From positions 3,286,001 through 3,350,000 of the forward strand of contig OZ176053.1 in NCBI GenBank assembly GCA_964247055.1: a stretch of 64,000 bases of DNA. The letters are read 5' to 3'. This stretch comes from Paragordius varius (taxonomy: Eukaryota > Animalia > Nematomorpha). This document shows, piece after piece, positions 25,004 through 37,900 of the stretch (positions are counted from its first letter, which is position 1; each line of letters starts with the position of its first letter). The notes below the pieces were generated by a model. The model searched no databases, had not been told where the DNA came from, and worked only from the letters and a program-made list of their open reading frames with translations. The position numbers were made by a program, and so were the translations under genes.

Positions 25004-27340
25004 TCAGGCATGGACTTCCCCAGGCTTACCAGCAACCTAAAAAAATATTAATATAAAAAATTACAATAAAGAAAATTAATAAAAAATGTTAAAATTACCC
25101 TTTTAAATTCCGACATATCTGTATGTGCAACTACTTGCCCAATAAACCCAAGGTAGCTTAAAACAGTTACATCTTCATTATTTTGATTATTTTGGATGAA
25201 AACCTAGAAAAATTAAAATATATCAAAATAAGATAATCTTATCAAGTTACTATATTTTAATTTGTTAACATAATATGCACAAAAAAATATCCTGATGATA
25301 TATTAATTCTCATAGTATAATGTATCAGAATTATCATGGTACTTTTGGTTTTGGCCCTTGTGAGTGATTTAGAAAATTATTTATACTTTTGTAATAAGTG
25401 TTCTTACATGTCAAAAATGGCAAAATTTGCGCAGAATTATTTAAATAAAATTATTTTAGTGAAAGCTAATGCCTCATTTCAAATAGTTAAGATACATCAT
25501 AAACTAGATATACTCCAAAAGTCGCAAATTTTTTAGCTATTCTAAAATGGACTAATTTACTTTGTATAAAAGCGATTTTATCAACTGAAAATATTTTTAA
25601 AAACATGCATACTTTTTTTTAATTTTACCAAAATTTTGTTGAAGCTTACTTTATACTATCTTGAGGCATGATGGACGGTATACGTTTTTAGATATTATTT
25701 ACGATGCTGAAGATTTCTATCATCTCGGTTTGATTTAAATATCTGTTGGTCTTAAATCCATGTTAAATGTAAATTGTTTTTTAACCAAAGTCACCAAAAT
25801 TTGAAAGCAAACAAAAGTTTAAATTTTACACCAAAACTTTTTTAAATCACTCGTAAGGGCTAAAACCAAAACTACGATGATAATCATGACATATTAATAT
25901 CAGAAAATATATTTAGGATTATACCACCCGATTTTGTAGACTCTGTAATATAAATCTTTACCGTTACGTAAATATATATATATATAAAGCCAACGAAAAT
26001 AAAATAATTTAAAGCATACCGAAATGTTTTGGACATTTTGAAACTTCACATATTTCAATATAACAGGTTCCCCAGACAAATTTTTTTCTGTTAAACTAAA
26101 TTAATAATTATATGCTAAATAAAATAGGAAAATTGGTATCATTTTTAATGATTTTTAATAATTTTTAAAAACAGTCTGCCTACAACAAATGATTAAGGTA
26201 CCAAGAATTTTGCCAAACATTTTTTAATGGTGGTTTTATTTTTTAAATAGCCAAATTATTTTGAGTTATATGGCTAAAAAACTAATAAATTATTGCATTT
26301 TTTTAATTAAAAGTATACTTTTATATTCAAATAAAATTGAAAATATTTAATATGGTGTAAAATAAAATAAATTAAGTTTTGGAAACCGTTTACCAGAGTT
26401 ACAATCCTTTTTAGAATTTTTCGTTTCCAAATACATTGAGTGCGATTTAAAAATAAACCATAGAACGTTCAAATTAAAGTTCAGAAAAAATCTAATACGC
26501 TTATTTGTTATAAAAATCAATTCGAATTAGCAGTGTTAGAAAAGGAACACTATTTGATGCAACTTATTAATTTTTAATATTTGAGAAAAAAAATAGTTGA
26601 TATTAACTCAAAAGTTTGGATGGCCTCCATTGAAACGGCTTTGTCGAAGTCAAGAGAATGGGTTTGATTAATAAACAATTTCACTGTTTTGGGCCCATTG
26701 TTTGTTGGTCCTTTGATAACTATTCCATGCAATTTTACCGGTCTATCAAAAGTCAAATTAAAGAGAATCTGATTTTTTTAAAGTATAAAATAACTTGTTC
26801 ATCACAATCTGACTCAAGTGTTAGATTTCGATTATCACGATCATTGAAGCATTCATTGCAATTAAATTTTTCAGAAACATTTAAACACTCAACATCTTTT
26901 TTAGATATAAAATCATTTAAATCAATCTAGATAATTATTTTAATTATACGAATCCAGCATAAGGAGACTCTTTGCCAAATTTTGAAATTATCTCGTCTAT
27001 CTTTGTAATGTTTTGCGGATTACCACCTTTTAAAGTGTGCAATATCGATCCTTTATGCACAATAACAAATGTTGGCATCGCGGTTATATTATATGTTTGC
27101 GCAGTATTCTATAATAAGCAACATTCTAACTTGGCATGAATCAACATTCACTTTCAAAAACTTTACTTTCGGGTGCTTGCTAGCTAAAGCCGCAAAACTA
27201 GGTTCAATAACTTTACAAGGCCCGCACCTTAAATGTTAAACAATAAAGTACCAAGTAGCAAAAAAATCAATTACATAAACATCGCCAGTAGCTTCTCTAT
27301 TGAATTGATCGTCCGATTCGATATGTTTTAAATTTGCCAT
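25004..27340 (-). CDS. TXNL1: Thioredoxin-like protein 1 (thioredoxin + PITH domain), 8 exons, 283 aa
   Basis: Exons 27340-27252, 27227-27131, 27108-26950, 26926-26795, 26768-26608, 26095-26020, 25203-25099, 25036-25004 (852 nt). WCGPC active site split by a 24-nt intron; AMPTF, LESDCDEQ, GPKTVKLFINQ, LKYVKFQNV, TDMSEFKRVAGKPGE. Confidence 0.95.
25290..25920. mobile_element. Inverted-repeat (MITE-like) element in TXNL1 intron 6
   Basis: 25331-25377 (TTATCATGGTACTTTTGGTTTTGGCCCTTGTGAGTGATTTAGAAA) is the reverse complement of ~25841-25883. Outer limits approximate. Confidence 0.6.
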
Positions 27341-27499
27341 CTGAAAATATTATTCATTCATTGACGTGGTAAATCTGCTCACCCAATTAAAAAACGAGAT
27401 TATTAAGCCTTTTAGAAACATCTTCATTTACATTAATATCTCATTAATGAATAAAAGCTTAGAATATCTAAATAGATTTATTAGCGTAATATGTAGGGT

Positions 27500-28090
27500 A
27501 TAAATAGCAGCGGCATTTCATTTACAAATATAGGAATGATTCGCTCTTATCATTCGTAAACCAAATGTTAACTGGGTTGCAAATACAATAAGCCACATAA
27601 GGATGCCGTTGGCCAACTTCATGCCATTCTTTCGCATAGTTTTATCCCAGACAATTAAACTTGGGCAAAGTGTTTGGTGAGAATGAATCCTTATATATAT
27701 AATTGAATTGAAAGTTTAAGATATGGTTAATAGCCTAAAAAGACTAAAGTATTAACTGGGGAAAGCCTAACATCGTTATAGATGGAGTGAAATAGAAGAA
27801 CTTTATAATAAATTAACATTTTTGCATGCTGAAATTTCTGAGAATTCTTCATCACCTGAAATCAATAAAAGAATAGGATTGGGTAAAAAGGATAAGAGTT
27901 TTAACTAAAAAACATTCTAAATTGTATTTTTCTCCCAATTACCACATATAGGTCTTAGAGCTGGACCTTTAAAAAAACGAGTAAATTCTTATTACCTTTG
28001 AAAGGAACTGTTGGTGAGACTTGGATTTATATGGAAAGAAACTAATAATAAAAAGCTAAATACACAAATAATCGCAAAACAAATAATTTA
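27500..28090 (+). CDS. Unidentified multi-exon protein-coding gene (partial model), divergent from TXNL1
   Basis: Phase-consistent exons 27721-27748, 27782-27882, 27952-27980, 28005 onward read ...MVNSLKRLKWSEIEELYNKLTFLHAEISENSSSPEINKRIGLGLRAGPLKKRELLVRLGFIWKE. Introns of 33, 69 and 24 nt. No family recognised; termini uncertain. Confidence 0.4.
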
Positions 28091-28925
28091 GAGATAGTTA
28101 ATTTCCAAGGAATCTGATTATATAACATTGTAATTTTGAAAAAAATGGTTGACACCATTACAAGGATACTCTTTTTTACAATTTTATTGTTTTAACAGCA
28201 AAAAATATCTGCCTGCGAAAATTGACCCATTTGGAAATTTTAATTAACAATATTACAATTTTTATTCATTTTTTATTTTAAATAATCTTTTGATTGAAGT
28301 AATTGGTAGATTTACATGATATTGGTCATTGGGGAAAAATGGAATCTATAGCATAACCCTATGCAAAACTAACTTTTTTAGCTTCTCTACAACCCAAAAT
28401 TATTAGTTGTAAATAATTTACAATGAATATATAATTATAGTAGAATAATTTATTAACTGAAAACTACACTATCAGAAAAACCAAGATAATTATTACTGGC
28501 ACTGATTCTGATCCAATTATCATCGGGTAATAGTAGAACGATTGTTAAAATATTCTACATTATATAAAAGTATGCATATATTGTTTGATTTTTATCAATG
28601 TTATGAGTACTATAATAAGTTTACAATCAGCAATATTTCAAGTGAAATTTGAAATTTTATCATTAATTTAAACTTGGATAGTATAAATTAATTAATTTTT
28701 ACGTATAAATTTTCTTGCAGAAAACACTACTAATTTTGAAACTTGTAAAACTTTATTTTCGCTTTTTCTCAATATGCTAAGCGCTTTGGTATATCGCTTT
28801 TAAGATATTTTATTCAAAGTAAACAATTTCTCTTTAATTTACGAATTATTGGATGCCTCCTTTGAAAAACGTGAACATCAGCTTTTGAATTAACTATAAT
28901 CAATCTCATCTCATTCATTACTTAC

Positions 28926-29210
28926 CAGTCTATTCCAACACGTGGTTCTCCAAGAAATCATGTGCGGCCAGGGAAAAATATGGAAATATTTACAAACATA
29001 TGCTCACAAAATCTTAGCAAAATTGATAATTTTAAACAAATTTTTAAATTAGTTCATGGAATTTAAAACTAACACGAAAAAAATTGTTATATTGTGTTTG
29101 TATTTTACAATCTTATGATTGAAATCTAAAAAAATATTTATATCAAATGCGGCCCGTTGATATTTTTGAATTAATGCGGCCTGCGAAGCCATTTAATTTA
29201 GACATCCCTG
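28926..29210. mobile_element. Degraded hAT-type MITE
   Basis: Subterminal GCGGCC motifs and right end TAGACATCCCTG. No TSD recovered. Confidence 0.4.
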
Positions 29211-31811
29211 CTTAAAATAAATGTATTAAAACTAATAGGAAATTTTTATAATTTTTTGCGCTGATGCATGGATTTTGGATCAGGCATTATCGAAATATAA
29301 CGGTGAATTTTACACAATAAAATAAAAAATATAAATTAAACTGAATTCTAACGCACATATGTTCTTTTCTTGGATAAAATTCGAAAAAAAGTTTCGTGCT
29401 TTTAAACACTCATCAGTAAGTCAATTTGATTCGGGGTTTTTAAATAACTATTCGGTATATATATCTATCTAACATGGGAATCTTGGTAGATATGCAGTCC
29501 ATCAGCTTTAATGACACTAGATTGAAAATACAACATAAATATTAGGTTTCACCCTAGATTACAAGTTATTATTAAATCGCTTTCGAAATTTATTTAATAT
29601 CTAGCTATTCCCTTTTTATTAATAAACATAAGAAATAATTAAATATTTCAATATGGTAACTTACGAAAATGTGTATAGACTAACCGACTTTATTGCGTAT
29701 AAATTACTATATAACTTATTTTATAACATTCCTTAACCTATAAAAATTCCGAATTTGTATAATGCATGACTAAAAAGAAAATATAATGAATGATATATTA
29801 AATATAAATTTAATGGTGTGCATAATTATTTTGGCTAATGTTTCAATAAAACGAACTCAGGACTTGTATAATTTCTGTCAGATTTATTGATATTTTCTTT
29901 AAATTAAAAGTTTTACAGTTATTGATTTAATTATTTAAGCATTATAATATCCAAAAAGTTTTATGCATTTTTAATCTGATGGCTTTTTTTATCCGCATTA
30001 CTGTTTGTGCTATAAACTTAATCTTCATTTATGGTTCTCTGAAACATATCGTTATAAATAAAATTAATTTATGTATATTTTTCTTTCTATTTGTTATTTA
30101 CAGTAAAGTTAAAAAAAATGATACTGTCGCTGTATAGTATATCAAATATTAAAAAATATGGGATGATTGCTTAGTATTTATCTTGGGATAGGATATCCAA
30201 TTCAATAATGCAGCTCTGAATAATGAAGCAATAAAGTTTTTTTACGAAAACGGTTTTAATTCAAATATTTTTAAACATCCATTTAAAGCCAAAAATATAA
30301 ATTATTTTTTTAAATAGTATCTGTAATAAAAAAAATGAAATACTTTAAGAAAAATACAAAACAATCATAATTAATAATATTATACCGTATTTAAAAGCCA
30401 AAAAAATAAACATCAGATATTAAGAAACCTCTAGGAACTGCGCTTTCACTTAAAACGGCACCCTGAAAATAGAGAAAGATATATATATGTATATGTATAT
30501 ATAAAACCATACAAACACCTCCGCATACTCTACAAAATAAAAAAAACTCTAAATTAATATTAAATTTTTTTAATATGTTATAAATCATCATTATTATATC
30601 TAATACTCTGAATTCAATCCAAATATTATAAAATTAATAAATCTTATTTTGGTGACAATTATATCAAAGTTCAAAAAAGTTTTAATTGACTAGTTATGAC
30701 AATTGCTACACCATTAATAACATAATTTTTTAACCGATAAAATTTTTATTCCAAAAATTAAATATTATTTTTTTATATTTTTATTCTAGATTTCGGCATG
30801 AAAAATATATGCTTCATAAACTCTAAAAATTATTTAAAAAACAAAAATGATAAAAGAAGAGCCATTACAATCTTTATTATTTTAGCTTTTTTCAATATTT
30901 TTTGGATCGTTAATATATATTTGTAAATCAAAATCAAAAAAAGCAACTCATCATGTACAGTACTTTTTATCTATGTCCTGTCCTGTCCTGCTTTCAAAAA
31001 AATTTTATAGGTGTAGTATGTAACATGAATATTAATTGTTAACTCTTTTTCAAAAGCAATCTTTTTATGCTCTTTCAATCAATAATGTGTAGTAAATCAT
31101 TACTATGAGGTCTTTTTACTTTTTTAATATTATCTCATATTATTATTTATATAATTTAAAGTTTTTAAGCTTTTCTCTCACACAAAAATCAATTTATTCC
31201 AAATGGATCAGAAATATGTATATTTTTATTATCCAATGTTTGACATACTTTTTGCCACTATTGAATTAGGCAAGTTAACATGAGTTTTAAAAAATTTTAA
31301 CACTTCAAAATTTTTTAATTTTTTATACATGACGAATCCATATTGGGAAAATTATGATTTTATGTTTATTACACAAAAAACTTTTATTTTTAGAGTTTTA
31401 AAAATTTGAGAGTTTTTAATATTTAGATGCACCCAAATTTAATAGAAACAAACGGAGATTTGAATATAAGTAATAAAATGTTACTTAATTTAATTTTTTA
31501 GCCATAATATATTACATGCAAGTTTGCGATTTAACAATATTATACATTAAAAAATAATTTTTCTCTAATGCGCTTAAAAGGCCATAGAATCCATAGTTTA
31601 AAACTTTCCTTGATTATTTATATAAGTTAAGAATTTGTTATAAAATTGCCTTGGGTAGAAAACCACCCCAAATAATGAGGTGTAAAAATAGCAAAATTAT
31701 ATTTAGCCTTAAAATTAATTTAACGTATGAAATACAGACGGTTGTTAAGGATGTTGTAATTATAAAAAGTGTTTAAACCATAAATTAATTGATTGTATTA
31801 TCTTCAGATAA

Positions 31812-32953
31812 CACTAGTCGACAAATTTGGACATTTTTAAGCACCATCACTCAAACTTTTTTAAATTATGACTAATTTCAGTGTTTTAAAACCGAATTTG
31901 AAAAAAATTTTGATCCCGCCAATCAGAATTTTGAAATTTTATAGGTTTTTTTAATTTTTCAAAAACAAGAGAAAATCGAGAGAAAATTAAATATAACTTT
32001 ATAATAAAATGTTATTATATTATAAACTTAATATCATTTAATAAAGCGTTTTAACTCTATCTTTTGAATATAAATATGTCATTTAAATATCAGAGAGAAA
32101 AAAATAGTACGGACTTAAACGTCAAAATTTAGTCTTTTTTTTTCAAGTGAATTTTTAACACATATAAAATTTTTTTAAAAAAATACTAAAATAGGCATTC
32201 TATGGTTTAAACCTTCGGCTTTCAGATAGGCTATATTTTTTTGTTAGATTTCGTTCTTTCGAGTACTTATTAGACTTTTCTCTTGAGTTGGTTCTTATAA
32301 AAAATCCTTCTATTTATACCTAGTGGATTTACCTTATTTTTTTAAAATTATTGGTTGTTTTGTATTTTGAATTTCAGATGGATGTTGTGTAGCCACTTTT
32401 AGTAGAATTTACTGTTATGGGGTTGAAACATTTGTATTTACCTAATTTATATTCAATTTGATTGTAGAATTTATCTAACTTTATTCTGTAAATTGGTTAA
32501 TTTGACATGTCAATTTGCCACGATTTTGCTTGCAAGTCTCTCTTATCGGACTTTACGATTACTTATTATAATCTTTGTCATATCTGGCATAATTATAGGA
32601 TCGCTTGGGGGATATGCAGAGCTTGTGCAGCCGCCCATATCTATCACACTATATATAAGCCCCTTTTAGATTTTTAATACTTTGGCTCTTAGCTTGTTTA
32701 GTATCTTATTTAATGCCTAGAATTTGTTATCCATGCATGGAATATTACTTGTATCAACTTGCTTGTTTGAATATTTAAACATATGTTCACAAGGAATGAT
32801 AGTTATTATTGAATTAAATACAAATTTAAAAATTAAATTTTGGAAAAATCCTATTGGTGGCCTCAATTTTCTTTTTTGTTTTGGCCTTTCCATGCCATTA
32901 GGTATCAGAAAATGCAAAAATAATGGGGTGGTGCAAAACGTTGTTGAGCAGTG
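31812..32953. mobile_element. ~1.14-kb non-autonomous Tc1/mariner-type element, copy 2
   Basis: Collinear with 1750-2879 over the full length. Ends ...GAGCAGTG|TA. Confidence 0.85.
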
Positions 32954-32959
32954 TAATTA

Positions 32960-34919
32960 CAGTCATGTCTATATAGAATTGTCTTTTTTTTTTATTTAAA
33001 TGATTATAATTTTTTTTTAATTGTTTTGATGTTTGATATGTCAACTTTCAACATGCGCATTTTTAAGCCTTAAAATAATAGTAGCCTATTTATTGTAAGA
33101 ATTTTTAATTTATAATTAAAAGATATTGCAAAATATTATTCTTGATGCACAACATGCGCATATTGTAATTTTTATCTTTTGTAAAATATTAATTATAAAA
33201 TTTTATTAATAAAGTTTAAACACACATAACCAAAATATAATTTAAAAGATAAAAATATTTATTGATTATAATATTTAAATAAATTTATAATTGTTTTCAT
33301 TTTCTAGGGGTTTTCTTTGCATACATTCCAACAAAATATGTGAAGAAAAATTATAATAATTTTTTAGATTTTTTTCCCTTCTCTCTTCGCAAAGTCTTGC
33401 AATTTTATTATGTTGCTCTAGAGGGGTACTACACCGGGGTTTTTTATCATATTGATGTTTAATCTCATGAAAAAAACATTCAATGGGATTCAGTTGTGGC
33501 GAATATGGAGGTAAATAAACTATTTTATTCCTTAGGTCACCTAACACCGCGGCTTTGTGAATAGGTGCATTATCGCAAACTATTATTGAACTTTCAGGAA
33601 TTCTTGTTAAACATTCCGTCAAAAAAATTCGAAAATCATCGCCTCTAAAGGCGCCTTCTTTTGTTCTGTAATTAATAACTCCCTGACAACCAATCATACA
33701 TATCAATGAAACATTTTTTCCTAAAATAAATTCAAATTTTACCTTTGTTAAATCCCTCTACAATAGGAGATTTGCCCTTTGGAGCTCTACCCCATATATT
33801 TGTAAGTTTCAAACTGAAGCCTGACTCATCAATAAAAAAAACTTTTTCCTGTGGAATATCTTTCACCAATCTGGCATAATTATAACGCTTTTCTATATTC
33901 TCTGGGGTGTTTCGTTCCCGAGGTTGTAAAATACACCTCTTTCGAGTAATTTCTGAATCCGAGAGAATTTTGTAAATAGTTGCTCTGCATACTTTAATAT
34001 GGTCTGGTATTTGTTCCATTATTTCATCGATTGTTAATTCACAATCATTGTTTATTAATCTTTTGACAGCATCTATTATTTCTGGATTTCTGAATTTGTT
34101 ACGCCGACCAGATTTATTTCTATCAGTAGAATTCCCAAGAATTATTTTTCTTCTTAATATATTTATAGATGTTAAGGACATATCAAAATAATCCAAAAAA
34201 TAATTTGAGGGTTTTTCCAAATTTTTGGGATCAAAAAATAATTTTTTAGCTCTATCTATTTTTTCCTTATTCCAAAAATTATGTTCTAAAATTTAAAAAT
34301 ATTAATACTTTTATGTTTTATTTTTTCACGAGATAATTCATTTTCATTCAATGGAACATCCAAATCAGATACTACGAATTGTTATTTTTAAATACTTGAA
34401 GACTCTTCACTTGTATCCGATTCAAAAGTATAAACTGAGGGAGCTATGTTTTCCTTTAATATTGGATTTTGTTCTGAATTTTTATTTTTTAATATAAACC
34501 TTCAAGTACACTAGCTGCCGAGCAAAGAAGAAATAATGGGTTATCGTTGATATTCATAATTTTTTAAAATAACTCTAGATTTATGATTTATTTCTTTATA
34601 TATATAGAGATTAAATGGACATCTGCTTGGGTTTTCTTATATATTTTAAGTGCATGTTAAAAACCCCTAGAAAATGAAAACATATATTAAACTTGGTTAT
34701 CATAAATTACATGCGCATGTTGTAGATAAAATGTTCAAGAATAATATTTTGCAACATCTTTTAATTATAAATTAAAAATTCTTACACTAAATAGGCTATT
34801 ATTATTTTAAGGCTTAAAAATGCGCATGTTGAAAGTTGACATATCAAACATCAAAACAATTAAAAAAAAATTATAATCATTTAAATAAAAAAAAAAGACA
34901 ATTCTATATAGACATGACT
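32960..34919 (-). mobile_element. Tc1/IS630-superfamily DNA transposon with ~210-bp TIRs
   Basis: Left end TA|CAGTCATGTCTATATAGAATTGTC; right end GACAATTCTATATAGACATGACT. Inverted match 32960-~33170 vs ~34705-34919, with two CAACATGCGCAT direct repeats per arm. Confidence 0.95.
33275..34557 (-). CDS. IS630/Tc1-type (DDE_3) transposase, 5 exons, 395 aa, apparently intact
   Basis: Exons 34557-34500, 34473-34396, 34371-34309, 34285-33743, 33720-33275 (1188 nt, no internal stops). Introns 26, 24, 23, 22 nt, all GT-AG and phase 1. HTH region LTIDEIMEQ...RATIYKIL; FFIDESGF; KGKNVSLICMIG formed across intron 4; IVCDNAPIH; YLPPYSPQLNPIE. Confidence 0.9.
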
Positions 34920-34989
34920 CCATGCCATTAGGTATCAGAAAATGCAAAAATAATGGGGTGGTGCAAAACGTTGTTGAGCAGTGTAATTA
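34920..34989 (+). repeat. Perfect 70-bp direct duplication of 32890-32959 flanking the transposon
   Basis: Base-by-base identical: CCATGCCATTAGG...GAGCAGTGTAATTA. Confidence 0.95.
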
Positions 34990-37900
34990 ATGAAAAATAT
35001 ATATATATTGACCCTTTACTGACTCATAATATTGTTTTTATATCAAAAACCATTTTTTTAGGTTATATTGAGTAATTATCAAAACGTTTATTTAAAATAA
35101 ATAGTATTGCATGTGAAAGAAGTTATATAAAAAACCGTTAGTATTGATTTTATTATCGTTATTATCCATTCGGTATCCTTTTATAATTGGAAAAAATATG
35201 AGGCATATTTACCATTATTTTAAGATTTTATTTTCAGGACTTTTATGTTGTTTTTAAATAGACATATACTTTCTAATAACCTCTCGTTTACAAAAAAATA
35301 AATTTATGAAAATTATAATCTTTTGCTATTCAAAAACATCTGATACACAGAAAAAAATGGTTAATTTATAAAACAAGCATATACTTAGAGTGTCTAAGGA
35401 GAATGGAAGAGATAAATAGATGCCCCTTGATGCCATAATTTAAGAGGCGCTGAATTAGATTTTTTAAATTTTAATAATTTTTAAGGCTTATATTGTTGCA
35501 TCTACAAAATGAAAATATAAACGCAGTATAATTTAACCAAATTATTACTATCCGCCAATTGAAAAGTTTATCTTTTTATAATGTTACAAATTTAATTTTT
35601 GCCAGAGATTACATATGGAACCGTTTTCGTTTCGGTTCCATAAAATTGATTGCTACAATCACAACGTTTCTAATTTCGGCATTATTATTTATTATGCAAA
35701 TAAAGTAATATAAAATAATATAAAAATAGATATAAATTATATTAAAAAAATTTATTTGGTTTTTGTAAGTAACTCTGGTTGAATGGGTTCTAGCCTGCTT
35801 TTGGGTTTTTTGGTTTTACAACGATGGCTAATGGAATTTCGGCAAAAAATTTCAGTTTCAATTCATGTTTTTTCCAATGCTAAGCCAAAACGCACTCATC
35901 CTTTTCCATGCATAAAACAGTTTAAATAACATTATGTTGTCATAAATCACTTTGAAAATAAAAAAAGAAAAGAAAATATAAATCATAATAAATTTAACAA
36001 CATGTTTAATCCGTTAAGCGTATTAATGTTAAAAAGTTGTTTGCTTTTGGATTTTACCGTGTTTTTGGTTTTAACTTATTTTTTTGCGATTTAATAAAAT
36101 TTTACTCAAACGATTCTATTATTTATAACGGCCAATCTAGTCATTTTTGCCAGAAATATACTTTTTATTCAAGAATTACACTATTCTACGTTAAATTGCG
36201 AGGTAACTTTATTTAATAGTTGCATTTTATGACAAAATGGGCTATATTTATTGTAGAATATTGACCATTCTGAAAAAATCTATAATTACCCAATTCGTCT
36301 CGCGCATAGCTTTTAACCATTCTACTGCATGCTATTGACTTCCTATTACCGAAAAGTTTTAAGGGAATTCTTTTCCAGTTTAAATTTCTTAAAACCTTAA
36401 ACTTTCAGAATGTTTTTCATTTGTCTAGTAATATACCAGTCAGGTTGGATATTTATTCGTTAATAATAACCGGTTTTTCTGCGAGGCAGTCATATATTGT
36501 CAAAGGCTGTCTATACCACAATAGGAAACATAGTTTGCAGCAACTAAACAAAAAAACAAAATTAGCTTAACAAATTTGTTTTAACAGAGTTAATTATATT
36601 GTTAAACAAAATTATTTGATATAATTTAAAAATTATTTACGTTACATTTATATTTTATATCAATACTTTATATTTCATAACACCTGCTAATTTGTTCAAT
36701 ATATCAGTAATGAATGCAGCTAAACCGGTCAGGTGGGGAGGTACTGTAATTTGAATGAAAAACTTTTTTTAGTTTTAATATCTATATTAAATTAATTCTT
36801 AAATATATATTGAAAAAAAATATTTTTTATTTTATCAAGCTTTTTTGCACAACAAAAGACGTACATATGTCATTAAAAAACGATTAAAAGAATAATATCA
36901 AATTGTTGTGTGAGATTTTCAGGAAATCTGATCTCATTTGTTGGCTTTTTAATGACTTTTTAGGGAAAGAATATCTTTATTGAATATTAATGTGAGACAC
37001 TGGCATATAATCCAAAGACATAAAATGTTATATTGATTGATTTCGAATCCCATTATTTCTGCATTTATCATTTCGTTTAATGAGGAAAAAGTGTTAGATA
37101 ATCTCGACATTAAGAAGTATATTCGATTCCAAGGACCTTTGATTATACTTATTGATTATAAAATGCGAAAGTTTTATTAAGTAATCACATGGCATCCTGA
37201 TTCGACCTCTAAAAAATATAAAAGTTAAATTAAAGATGAATTTTATTTTTTTATCATTTCTTAATGTGGTAAATAAGTAAACGTCCAATTTAAGCTTGAT
37301 TCCAATACCGTTTACTATTACGATTTAGGTTTTTAAATAACTGTTATTGTTCTTTCAGTAATTGCGCGGCGATAATACAAAATAATTTTAAATATAATCG
37401 AAAAGATAATTTTAATGTAGCCATATAATAGTTTAAGCATTCTTTGATCAATTAATATTTAATATTCTTAGAATATCTTTCATGTATTAGGTTTAGAGAA
37501 GAGCTTGTCAGATACTGTTTTATATTAGTTTTGATTTATCTTTGAACGATATGAATTAAACACTAATCTTTTGATCAATCAATTTCTTTGCTTAATGTGG
37601 TTGTCTAATATGTCAATTTTTTAGAATATTTTTCAAAAGTAAATCCAATCATGTAACATAATTAATAAAGATTCTTCAAAAAGATTTTTGTATCATTTTT
37701 TGCCATGCTTTTCATTTTAGTCAAAATGATATCTTTTAAACAATTTATTTTAAATGATTTCAAAGTTTTTTTATTATGAAATCCATTGAACTGATTCTAT
37801 TTTAGATTTGGTTTACATGCATGGCATGTATAAAATCAAAGTTAAATTCGATTATCACTACCTGATATTTTTTAAAACTTTGGTAATTATTTGGTGGCCG

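Noticed and set aside
27341-27382. TTTTCAG directly before the TXNL1 ATG as a trans-splice site
   Set aside because: Upstream GT donors would give ordinary 25- or 42-nt 5' UTR cis-introns, so it is not evidence for trans-splicing.
35605-35640. TGGAACCG-N9-CGGTTCCA hairpin as a terminator or ncRNA
   Set aside because: An isolated 8-bp stem with no supporting context.
36670-36750. Minus-strand PPHLTGLAAFITDILNKLA as a glutamate-receptor S1 exon
   Set aside because: One weak patch; no neighbouring exons with iGluR motifs could be joined in phase.
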